In this document: in pieces, positions 18,325 through 26,604 of the stretch | How positions within the stretch are numbered: the stretch's first letter is position 1 | Layout of the letters: each line of letters begins with the position of its first letter | Assembly (NCBI GenBank): GCA_964581415.1 | Contig: CAZOOJ010000001.1 | Coordinates: 36,096 to 100,095 of the forward strand | Reading direction: 5' to 3' | DNA: 64,000 nt | Source of the DNA: Candidatus Woesearchaeota archaeon | GTDB lineage: Archaea; Nanobdellota; Nanobdellia; Pacearchaeales; GW2011-AR1 | Notes under the pieces: generated by a model | What the model was told of the DNA's origin: nothing | The model's database searches: none | What the model saw: only the letters and a program-made list of their open reading frames with translations | Made by a program: the position numbers and the translations under genes

Positions 18325-21300
18325 ATGGTAAATAAAATCAGAAAAAGAGATGGTAGTGTTGTTCTATTCAATCAAGATAAAATTACAGAAGCTATTTGGA
18401 AAGCTGTAAAATTTGTTGGAGGAAAAGATAAAGAAAAATCAAAATATTTATCAGATTTAATTCTAAAAAAATTAGAAGAGAAACATGGAAATTTAGGAAT
18501 ACCTGAAGTAGAAGAAGTGCAGGATTTGGTTGAAAAAATCCTTATTGAAGAAGGACATGCAAAAGTTGCAAAATCTTATATTTTATACAGAAAAAGTCGT
18601 GAAGAATTAAGAAATGTAAAAGGACTTTTTGATACTATTGAAGCTGTTGAAGATTATATTGGATTAAATGATTGGATGGTTAAAGAAAATTCAAATATGG
18701 GTTTTTCTCTGCAAGGACTTAATAATTACATATCTACAAAAATAGTAAGTAATTACTGGATGAGAAGAATTTATCCTGAAGCTATAAGAAATGCGCATGA
18801 AACAGGAAATTTACATATTCATGATTTGGGAATTTTAGGAGTCTATTGTGTAGGATGGGATTTGAAAGATTTGTTGTTAGTAGGATTTAAAGGAGTTAAA
18901 GGAAAAGTTGCATCAAAACCTCCAAAACATCTTAGAACAGCTTTAGGACAAATTATAAATTTCTTTTATACTCTGCAAGGAGAATCAGCAGGAGCACAAG
19001 CATTTTCTAATTTTGATACTCTATTAGCACCTTTCATAAGATATGATGCTCTGGATTATAAAGAAATAAAACAGTGTATGCAAGAATTTTTATTTAATCT
19101 TGCTGTTCCTACAAGAGTTGGATTCCAATGTATATCTGAAGATACAGAAATTTTAACTCCTAAGGGTTGGAAAGGATACTCGAAATTAGAAAAAGGAGAT
19201 ATAATTAAAACTTTTAATCTTAATAAAGGAAAAATAGAAAATCAAAAAATTAAAAGATTATTTAAGAAGCATTACACAGGAGAAATGTATAACTTAAAAA
19301 ATAGGATTCAGGATCAGTTAATTTCACCAAAACATAGAGTAGTTAGAAGGAGATTTAATTCAAAAGAATATGTTTTAGAAGAGATAGAGAGTATTAAGAA
19401 AAGAAAGGCTCCCCTCATAATTCCTATAACTGGAGGAAATACAAACAAAAAACAAAATATATCTAATGAGATGATAAAACTTCTTGCATGGATAATTGCA
19501 GAAGGAACTTCAGAACATTCAGGACAAAAACACAGGCAGTCTAGAAGAATTACAATTTATCAATCTAAATTAAAAAAACCAAAAGAGTACAAAGAAATAA
19601 TTAATCTCCTTAAAAAGATTAGATTAGATTATTCTGAAAGAGATTCATCACCTTCTTTAGGAAATTCTATTAAAATGATTAAATTAAATGCAAAGTCCTC
19701 AAAAAAAATTCATGACTTATTTGAAGATGATGAAAGAATTGACTTTATTCCTGAAAAATTATTGAACATGAATAAAGAGCAATCAAAATTATTTTTAGAA
19801 ATTTTCATAAAAGCAGATGGATTTGAAAAGTGTAAGATTGCAACAACAAATAAAAGTATTTTAGATGGATTACAGCAAATAGCTGTAAATGCAGAATATG
19901 GTTTCACTGTATTAGAAAAAGAACCAACAATTGGAAAAAAGATTATTTATGTTCTAAGATTAATAAAACATAAAGAAACCTATATCCAAAAAATAGAAAA
20001 GATAAATTATTCTGGAACAATTTGGTGTCCAAACACTGACAATGAAACAGTAATTGCTCGTCGTAATGGAAAAGTTTTTATCACAGGCAATACTCCATTT
20101 ACGAATATAACTATGGACTTAAAAGTTCCTTCTTATATGAAAGATGAAGCTATAATCATAGGAGGAATTCCACAAAAAGAGACCTATAAAGAATTTCAGC
20201 GTGAAATGAATCTGTTAAATAAAGCATTTGCTGAGATTATGATAGAAGGAGATTCTGAAGGAAGAGTCTTCACTTTTCCTATTCCTACTTATAATATCAC
20301 AAAAGATTTTGATTGGGAAAATCCTGAATATGATATGCTTTGGGAAATGACAGCTAAATATGGAATTCCTTATTTTTCCAATTTTATAAATTCAGATATG
20401 AATCCAGAAGATGCAAGAAGCATGTGTTGCAGACTCAGATTAGATCAGACAGAATTAAGAAAAAGAGGTGGAGGTTTATTTGGAGCCAATCCTTTAACTG
20501 GAAGTATAGGAGTAGTAACAATTAATATACCAAGATTAGGTTTTACTTCAAGAGATGAAGAAGATTTTTTTAACAAATTAGAAGATTTAATGGAACTTGC
20601 AAAAGAAAGTTTAGAAATAAAAAGAAAAAATCTTGAAAAACTTACAGAAAGAGGACTTTATCCTTATTCTAAATTCTATTTAAGAAATATTAATAAGAGA
20701 TTTGGAGAGTATTGGAAAAATCATTTTGCTACTATAGGTTTATTAGGAATGAATGAAGGTATAATGAATTTTATGCCTGGAGAAGATATAGGAACTGAAA
20801 GAGGAAAAGAATTTTCAGTAAAAGTCTTAGATTTTATGAGAAAAAAACTTGAAGAATATCAAAATGAAACAGGAAATATTTATAATTTAGAAGCAACTCC
20901 TGGAGAAGGAACCACATACAGATTTGCAAGAATTGACAAAAAGAGATTTGGAAGGATAATTACTGCAAATGAAAGAGCAGTAAGAAATGAAAAAGCTCCT
21001 CCTTATTACACAAATTCAACACAACTTCCTGTTAATTATACAACAGATTTATTTGAAGCTCTGGAATTACAGGATCCTTTACAAACAAGATATACTGGAG
21101 GAACAGTTTTTCATTCATTTGTCGGAGAAAGACTAAATAAGGAAGGAATAAAAAAATTAGTTAGAAAAATCTCTGAAAATTTCAGTCTGCCTTATTTTAC
21201 AATATCGCCTGTTTTTTCAGTTTGTCCGATTCATGGTTATATTGCAGGAGAGCATTTTTATTGCCCTAAATGCGATGCTGAGCATGGAATTGTAAGAAAT

Positions 21301-21357
21301 TCAGAAGGAAAAATTATCAGAAGAGAAAATGAAAAGAACATTCAAATAAAAAATTAA
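18325..21357 (+). CDS. nrdD: Anaerobic ribonucleoside-triphosphate reductase NrdD (class III RNR), interrupted in frame by an intein. This ORF lacks the glycyl-radical C-terminal motif.
   Basis: N-terminal ATP-cone and NrdD core blocks. A C-terminal Cys/His cluster CPIHGY…CPKCD is present. No RxxGY glycyl-radical motif occurs before the stop. Confidence 0.8.
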   Translation: MVNKIRKRDGSVVLFNQDKITEAIWKAVKFVGGKDKEKSKYLSDLILKKLEEKHGNLGIPEVEEVQDLVEKILIEEGHAKVAKSYILYRKSREELRNVKGLFDTIEAVEDYIGLNDWMVKENSNMGFSLQGLNNYISTKIVSNYWMRRIYPEAIRNAHETGNLHIHDLGILGVYCVGWDLKDLLLVGFKGVKGKVASKPPKHLRTALGQIINFFYTLQGESAGAQAFSNFDTLLAPFIRYDALDYKEIKQCMQEFLFNLAVPTRVGFQCISEDTEILTPKGWKGYSKLEKGDIIKTFNLNKGKIENQKIKRLFKKHYTGEMYNLKNRIQDQLISPKHRVVRRRFNSKEYVLEEIESIKKRKAPLIIPITGGNTNKKQNISNEMIKLLAWIIAEGTSEHSGQKHRQSRRITIYQSKLKKPKEYKEIINLLKKIRLDYSERDSSPSLGNSIKMIKLNAKSSKKIHDLFEDDERIDFIPEKLLNMNKEQSKLFLEIFIKADGFEKCKIATTNKSILDGLQQIAVNAEYGFTVLEKEPTIGKKIIYVLRLIKHKETYIQKIEKINYSGTIWCPNTDNETVIARRNGKVFITGNTPFTNITMDLKVPSYMKDEAIIIGGIPQKETYKEFQREMNLLNKAFAEIMIEGDSEGRVFTFPIPTYNITKDFDWENPEYDMLWEMTAKYGIPYFSNFINSDMNPEDARSMCCRLRLDQTELRKRGGGLFGANPLTGSIGVVTINIPRLGFTSRDEEDFFNKLEDLMELAKESLEIKRKNLEKLTERGLYPYSKFYLRNINKRFGEYWKNHFATIGLLGMNEGIMNFMPGEDIGTERGKEFSVKVLDFMRKKLEEYQNETGNIYNLEATPGEGTTYRFARIDKKRFGRIITANERAVRNEKAPPYYTNSTQLPVNYTTDLFEALELQDPLQTRYTGGTVFHSFVGERLNKEGIKKLVRKISENFSLPYFTISPVFSVCPIHGYIAGEHFYCPKCDAEHGIVRNSEGKIIRRENEKNIQIKN
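19129..20091 (+). mobile_element. Intein (321 aa) with a LAGLIDADG homing-endonuclease domain inside nrdD
   Basis: Begins with Cys in …VGFQ|CISEDTEILTP (Hint block A) and ends …KVFITGN|T (terminal Asn, +1 Thr). It contains LAGLIDADG-type motifs LLAWIIAEGTSE and LFLEIFIKADGFE. Confidence 0.75.
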
Positions 21358-21385
21358 ATAAAAAAATTGAAATGAAAATTTAAAA

Positions 21386-21586
21386 ATGGAAAAAGAAAAT
21401 CAAGAAATTAAAGAACAAGGAAATGAAAAAGCCGGAATTGAAAATACAAAAGAAAATAAAGAAGAATTTAATGGAAGTGAATGTGAAGTTTATTCCAGAG
21501 TTGTAGGATATCTAAGACCTATCAGCCAATGGAATGAAGGAAAGGTATCTGAATTCCGAGATAGAAAAAATTTCGAAGTTGCTTAA
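21386..21586 (+). CDS. Separate small ORF encoding the class III RNR glycyl-radical domain (NrdD C-terminal fragment)
   Basis: …CEVYSRVVGYLRPISQWNEGKVSEFRDRKNF aligns with the NrdD C-terminus (E. coli …RRVCGYLGSP…NAGKQEEVKRRV). It is preceded by a K/E/N-rich linker. The reading frame differs from nrdD and the two are separated by stop codons. Confidence 0.6.
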   Translation: MEKENQEIKEQGNEKAGIENTKENKEEFNGSECEVYSRVVGYLRPISQWNEGKVSEFRDRKNFEVA

Positions 21587-21604
21587 AGTTTTTTAATAAT
21601 TCCA

Positions 21605-22303
21605 ATGAAAATCTGCGGACTTCAAAAAACAACTTTGGTAGATTATCCAAAAAAAATAGCATGTACAATATTTATTTATGGATGTAATTTCAGATGTGGT
21701 TTTTGTCATAACCCTGAATTAGTTACTGAAAAAAATGAGAATATTTTTTCTGAAAAAGAAATTTTGGACTTTTTAGAAAAGAGAAAAAAATATTTAGAAG
21801 GTATCTGCATAACAGGAGGAGAACCTTTATTAACTTTAGAAAAGAATTTTTTAAGAGAAATAAAAAAACTTGGATACTTAATAAAAATTGATACAAATGG
21901 AAGTTTTCCTGAAAAACTTAAAGAAATAATTGATGAGGAGCTTGTAGATTTTGTTGCAATGGACATAAAATCTAGTAAGGAGAGATATAAAGAATTTATA
22001 AATGCAGATATTAATTTAGAAAAAATTGAAGAAAGTATAAGATTGATTTCAAAACTGGAAGATTATGAATTTAGAACCACAGTAATTGAGAATATGCATG
22101 ATTTGGAAGAAATGAAGAAAATTTCTAAATGGCTTAATAGTCTTATAGGAAAACCTAAAAAATATTCTCTTCAAGCATTTAAGAATAGTGGAAAAGTTTT
22201 AGATGAGAAATTTAAATACAAAAAAGACACTAGTGAAAAATTCATAAAAGAAATTAAGGAAGAGATAAAAGACAGCTTTGAAGATATTGAAACAAGATTT
22301 TAA
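21605..22303 (+). CDS. nrdG: Anaerobic RNR activating enzyme NrdG (radical SAM)
   Basis: CNFRCGFCHN CxxxCxxC radical-SAM motif near the N-terminus; ~230 aa. Confidence 0.85.
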   Translation: MKICGLQKTTLVDYPKKIACTIFIYGCNFRCGFCHNPELVTEKNENIFSEKEILDFLEKRKKYLEGICITGGEPLLTLEKNFLREIKKLGYLIKIDTNGSFPEKLKEIIDEELVDFVAMDIKSSKERYKEFINADINLEKIEESIRLISKLEDYEFRTTVIENMHDLEEMKKISKWLNSLIGKPKKYSLQAFKNSGKVLDEKFKYKKDTSEKFIKEIKEEIKDSFEDIETRF

Positions 22304-22336
22304 AAAGTTTTATAAATCTCATAATTCCTAAGTTCT

Positions 22337-22660
22337 ATGATAAATAATGATAAAATTCCTGAATTAACAGACAATGAATTTAATGATTTTGTGAAACAAG
22401 GAGTTGTTTTTATTAATTTTTTTAAAGAATGGAACATGTCTTGTCTTACGATGTCTCCGATATTAGAAGAAATAAGTGATAAATTCAAAAAGATAAAATT
22501 TGGAAAAATTGATATTGGAGAAAATCGAAATATTGCAAGAAAATTAGGCATTTTTTCAATTCCTGCTTTTTTTGTTTTTAAAAATGGAGAAATTATAGAA
22601 AAATTTGTTGGAATAGTTTCTGGAGAAGAAGTTGAAGAAAAGTTAAAGAATTTAGAATAA
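22337..22660 (+). CDS. Thioredoxin-fold protein with a degenerate active site (WNMSC instead of WCxPC)
   Basis: Clear paralog of the 11889 thioredoxin (FFKEWNMSCLTMSPILEEI vs FWAEWCMPCLILGPILEKI). The N-terminal active-site Cys is replaced by Asn. Confidence 0.55.
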   Translation: MINNDKIPELTDNEFNDFVKQGVVFINFFKEWNMSCLTMSPILEEISDKFKKIKFGKIDIGENRNIARKLGIFSIPAFFVFKNGEIIEKFVGIVSGEEVEEKLKNLE

Positions 22661-22761
22661 AAATTCTTATAAATTTACTTGAAAGTTAAAAGAATTAATT
22701 AGAAATGTAATCAAAAACCTATAACGAATATTTTTTAAACCAAATTGACTAATTTTAATCA

Positions 22762-22836
22762 GGCTCCGTAGCTCAGCCTGGATAGAGCACTAGGCTTTTA
22801 ACCTAGGTGTCGAGGGTTCAAATCCCTTCGGAGCCA
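22762..22836 (+). tRNA. tRNA-Lys (anticodon UUU)
   Basis: Acceptor GGCTCCG/CGGAGCC, D-arm GCTCAGCCTGGATAGAGC, anticodon stem CTAGG/CCTAG with loop CTTTTAA, and T-loop GGTTCAAATCC. Confidence 0.85.
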
Positions 22837-22995
22837 TTTTTTGAATTTTTAATTATAGAAGAATATTCTTCTATTAAGTTGCTAAATGTATTCTATATGA
22901 AAAGAAGTTTGGATTTAAGCTAAAATAAATTTTTAGAAGAAAGCAACCGGCTTTGTTTAATAAGTAAGAAAAACTGACGACTTTTTAAACAGAGA

Positions 22996-23481
22996 TTAAT
23001 TTTCTACTTGCTCAAAAGAAGCCATTTTAGTAAGAAATTCTCTTAATTCCCCATATAATTCTAAATGTTGTTTGTTTAACTCTATCCAGTGAGGTATTGA
23101 AGATTCCAATCTGGTAATCCCCTTCAAATCTTTAGGATATATATTGTGAGCAAAAATATCTCTTATTTTATAAAATTTTATCAATTTATTTTTAAAATCT
23201 TTATTTGTTTTTAACTCTTCTTTATTATGTTGGTTAACCTCGTTAATAATTTCTAATAATAAATTTGCTCTTGAACTTGCACCAAAATTTACTAAAAAGA
23301 ATTCATTAAATCTGAATATTTTACTTAAATTAAGGGGCTTCCAATTATCTTTTTCTTCTCCAAATTTTAAATCTAATCCAAAAGATTTTCTTATAATTTT
23401 ATTAGAAATATTGTCTATATCAATAGTCCTCATAATAACCTCATGCAATAATTCTTTGGGTAATTCAAATGGATTTTCCAT
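22996..23481 (-). CDS. Hypothetical protein (161 aa) directly downstream of, and overlapping, the transposase gene
   Basis: ORF only; possible passenger gene of the IS. Confidence 0.3.
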   Translation of the reverse strand: MENPFELPKELLHEVIMRTIDIDNISNKIIRKSFGLDLKFGEEKDNWKPLNLSKIFRFNEFFLVNFGASSRANLLLEIINEVNQHNKEELKTNKDFKNKLIKFYKIRDIFAHNIYPKDLKGITRLESSIPHWIELNKQHLELYGELREFLTKMASFEQVEN

Positions 23482-24506
23482 TATATTCTAATAGGTTCCT
23501 CTAATTTAAAGTTTGCTTTAATTCCAAGTTCACAGATTTCCTGAATCACAACACAAATGTTGTGACATAAAACTTTAACCAATAATTCATTAAATTGTGC
23601 GGTTTCTTTTTTACTTTTAATATGACTTCCGAATTTAGTTTTAATCATATGAAAACAAGTTTCAGAATTGCTCCTTTTATGATAGTGTGATAAAAATTCA
23701 ATTTGATTAAACATAAAGAAATGATACATCTTCTTCCAAATCTGAGAACCAGCCTTTTTTCCTGTTACGTTTTTCTTAAATGGAATATAGGGTGTTGCTC
23801 CAAAATCATTTATTACCTCGAAATTCTCCCTACTCAAATACGCTTTATCTCCACTTACTTCAGATATTTTGAAATTTTCTGCTGTTTTTTTAACAAGTCC
23901 TTTTAATTGTGGGCTATCTGCTTTATTCCCTTCAGTAATATTAACTCCTGTTATAATGTTGGTTTTAATACCGGAAAGAAGATGAGCTTTTAACCAGATT
24001 TTATATCTCCTTTCTTTGCCCCATTTATAATCAAACCATCTTGCAAATCGTGAAGTAGAAAATCCAGAAGAATCTATTGTGAAATCAGCTTCAACTTCTT
24101 TAAGAGGTAAGGAACTAATTATAATGAGTTGTTCTAAAATTGTCTTAACCTCTGGTTTGTTCATAAAGTTTGATAATGAAGAATAACAAGGAACCTTGTA
24201 GACTAACCCAAATTCTTTTGCTATTTTCATATCAGACATAAAACGCCTTAAAGAAAATCCTGTATAGATTTTCATAACAGAACCAAAGAGCATGTCATTA
24301 AAAGGCAAAGTTGGTCTACCAAATTTATAAAGAGGTTGTTCAATATTATCACATAAATCCTTAAGCAACTTCATAAAGAGTAATTTCTCGTTTGTTTGTG
24401 CTTTGTTGTATGCTGTCCATTCTTGACTATATTTTTTATTCTCCGTTAACTTTTTATATAACCATTCCTTTTCTTTTATGGATTCAAATTGTGCTTCGCG
24501 GTGCAT
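23481..24506 (-). CDS. DDE transposase (IS4/IS5-superfamily, DDE_Tnp_1-like)
   Basis: Spaced acidic residues in TIDSSGF… / …SGDKAYLS… / …SNSETCFHMIKTKFG, the D-D-E plus K/R pattern of IS4/IS5-type transposases. It sits next to the tRNA-Lys 3' end. Confidence 0.55.
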   Translation of the reverse strand: MHREAQFESIKEKEWLYKKLTENKKYSQEWTAYNKAQTNEKLLFMKLLKDLCDNIEQPLYKFGRPTLPFNDMLFGSVMKIYTGFSLRRFMSDMKIAKEFGLVYKVPCYSSLSNFMNKPEVKTILEQLIIISSLPLKEVEADFTIDSSGFSTSRFARWFDYKWGKERRYKIWLKAHLLSGIKTNIITGVNITEGNKADSPQLKGLVKKTAENFKISEVSGDKAYLSRENFEVINDFGATPYIPFKKNVTGKKAGSQIWKKMYHFFMFNQIEFLSHYHKRSNSETCFHMIKTKFGSHIKSKKETAQFNELLVKVLCHNICVVIQEICELGIKANFKLEEPIRI

Positions 24507-24516
24507 TTTGTGTCCT

Positions 24517-24581
24517 GGAGCCTTCGGGCTCCTTTAATTTATTATGATAGCCAACACTCAGCGTCCCATAACCGCTGAGTG
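24517..24581. other. Pair of perfect GC-rich hairpins in an AT-rich intergenic region
   Basis: GGAGCC-TTCG-GGCTCC (24517-24532) and CACTCAGCG-tcccataac-CGCTGAGTG (24555-24581). Both contain CCTTCGG/CCCATAA strings that are also found in the local tRNAs. Confidence 0.5.
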
Positions 24582-24609
24582 CCTTTCTCTTCGAAGAGTA
24601 TTATTCTTG

Positions 24610-25257
24610 TCATTTTTTCTGTCTTTTCTGAAGTGCTTGTTTTTGAGCAGAAAGTATTATTTCTGCTTGCTCTATTGAATCAATGTCTTTAGGGACTCTC
24701 ATATAGAGTCCGCCAGTTTTGAATTCAATAATGTTTGAAACGCCCACATTATTTTCTTTTTCCATTTCAAAACCTCCGTCGTCAAAAGATAAACCTTCTG
24801 ACTCGGAAGCATATTTCATTGCGTCATTAAATATTTTTTGTATCCTAAAAACTTCCTTATCTAACTTAGCTCTGTCTACTCCTGTTATGTCTATTAGTGC
24901 TAAAAGCATTCCCTCTTTGTCGGGAGATTTACTCCCCACCTTTTTTCTTATTTCTGATATTAAAGGAACTTTAGATAATATTTCGCCATAAGCCTTTTTC
25001 TCTTCATTTCCCAAGGGTTTTGCGATTCTGGTTCCCAAGTTAGTTAACTGGATTCCTTTAATTCCGCTTTTGATTAAACCTAATTGACGCAAGGTAACAA
25101 GTTTCTTAATGAATCCTCCACTATTTGTTGTTGAATGTCCCAACTTAGTAGCCAAACTCTCGTCGGAGCTGATGCTATTTTTATAAATTGTTTTCACAAT
25201 CTCTACGCATTGACTAAATGTCAATTCAGGTACATAGTAATTTCCTATTTTTGCCAT
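24610..25257 (-). CDS. Hypothetical protein (215 aa), possible N-terminal winged-helix
   Basis: ORF only. The N-terminal ~90 aa have a wHTH-like pattern (…GFIKKLVTLRQLGLIKSG…). Weak. Confidence 0.3.
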   Translation of the reverse strand: MAKIGNYYVPELTFSQCVEIVKTIYKNSISSDESLATKLGHSTTNSGGFIKKLVTLRQLGLIKSGIKGIQLTNLGTRIAKPLGNEEKKAYGEILSKVPLISEIRKKVGSKSPDKEGMLLALIDITGVDRAKLDKEVFRIQKIFNDAMKYASESEGLSFDDGGFEMEKENNVGVSNIIEFKTGGLYMRVPKDIDSIEQAEIILSAQKQALQKRQKK

Positions 25258-25508
25258 TTTACTTTATATTAGTAAGTTTACTCTAAATAGAGTAATATTA
25301 CCTTTAAATACTTTGTGGTGATAAAATTCAACAATATAATTGCTTTTCTAAAAGAAAAATAATCCAAATTTAAGAAAGGTTAAAATTTATAAAGATGTAA
25401 TTTTTGTAATGAATATGAAAAGAGGGTGGACAAAAGGTTTAAAAAATATAATTCTTGGTAATTCTACACAAAATAAAAATATAAATAGTTTAATTTTCTT
25501 TTTATAAA

Positions 25509-25814
25509 ATGAGTCAACAAGTTAATAAAGAATTTAAGAATAATGTTTTTAATAATATAGAGCAAACAGGAGAAAATTTTAAACAACAATTTGAAAAATT
25601 AATGAGTATTGCTCAAAAAAGAATAGATTCTCAAGTTAATTGTGCTAAATTTGAGGCAGCATATGGATTATCTATTTCTAAAAAAGAAAGGCAAAAAACT
25701 ATGAAAGATGTTAAAGAAATTAGAAAAGAATTATGGAAAGAGGCATTAAATAAAGCTAAAGGGAAATCTACCGATGCTTACGAAATTTATTGCGAGATTT
25801 GTTCATTTGATTAG
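25509..25814 (+). CDS. Hypothetical protein (101 aa)
   Basis: ORF only; convergent with, and slightly overlapping, the 25768-26394 gene. Confidence 0.25.
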   Translation: MSQQVNKEFKNNVFNNIEQTGENFKQQFEKLMSIAQKRIDSQVNCAKFEAAYGLSISKKERQKTMKDVKEIRKELWKEALNKAKGKSTDAYEIYCEICSFD

Positions 25815-26394
25815 TCCATTCTCTTATTTTAGAATTTGTTAAATTTTCTGCTTCAGGAATAATTTTTATTCTTACTTTTAATTTTAAGAGTTTCGTAGCT
25901 TTAGCAATATCTTTGTCTTCAGTAAAATAAACATTTATATTTTTCTGTCCTATAAGATTAGATAATATCTTACAATCATTTGGAAATGTATCGAATTTTT
26001 TAATATACATTTTTTTCTTAACTATACCCACCCATTTATTTCCAAGATTATTAAATTGTTTTTTATGTTTTATTTTATTTATTGAAAATTCTCTCAATAT
26101 CTCTTTTAGTTCATTTGTTGCTTTATCATGTGTATACCCTTTTTTCTTGATAAGTGTTTGGCGAGCTTCACCCAAGGCAATTTCTGTTGTATATATTTTT
26201 AAAACATTAAGGAAAACTCTATCTCTTATCTCTTGCTTAAATTCATCAGACCAAACTATATCAACTAATACATTTGCATCAAATCCGATTATATCTTCAT
26301 CATTGACAAAATCATTTCTTTCAGATGAGTTATACCTTTCTATTTTTTCTCCTTTTTTTCTCAATACAGATAATTTTCTTTCTTCTATTTCCAT
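25768..26394 (-). CDS. Hypothetical protein with a PIN-like nuclease domain (208 aa)
   Basis: IIGFDANVLVDIV (first Asp), …YTTEIALGEA (Glu), …NDCKIL, …FTEDKD acidic positions at PIN-like spacing, plus a ~35-aa N-terminal extension. Confidence 0.35.
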   Translation of the reverse strand: MEIEERKLSVLRKKGEKIERYNSSERNDFVNDEDIIGFDANVLVDIVWSDEFKQEIRDRVFLNVLKIYTTEIALGEARQTLIKKKGYTHDKATNELKEILREFSINKIKHKKQFNNLGNKWVGIVKKKMYIKKFDTFPNDCKILSNLIGQKNINVYFTEDKDIAKATKLLKLKVRIKIIPEAENLTNSKIREWTNQMNKSRNKFRKHR

Positions 26395-26444
26395 TTTGTC
26401 AAACCCCTAATTCTCTAAGGGAAATTCAATCAAGAAGTAAACCC

Positions 26445-26511
26445 CTTGACGCCTTCTCCTTCGGACACCCTAATTTAAGGCGTCCAAGAGTGGAATAAAT
26501 CCACTCAAGGA
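26445..26511. other. Compact GC-rich multi-hairpin element (Y-shaped: outer CCTT/AAGG, inner GACGCC…GGCGTC and AGTGGA-ataaa-TCCACT)
   Basis: Perfect inverted repeats read directly from the sequence. The element lies between the divergent PIN-like gene and the RM gene and contains CTCCTTCGGACACC, which resembles the tRNA-Lys 3' end TCCCTTCGGAGCCA. Confidence 0.45.
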
Positions 26512-26604
26512 GGTTAATTTTAGAAGGCTTAAGCATTTTTAAATTTTATTATAGATTTTCTATGAAATACAAATAATTAAAAATTAAAAATTCTTATTTG
26601 AATT

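Noticed and set aside
22816-22995. Integrase gene or exact direct repeat of the tRNA-Lys 3' end marking attL/attR
   Set aside because: No integrase ORF and no exact ≥12-bp repeat of the tRNA 3' end were found. Only CCTTCGG-containing partial matches exist (reported as a finding, not as a feature).
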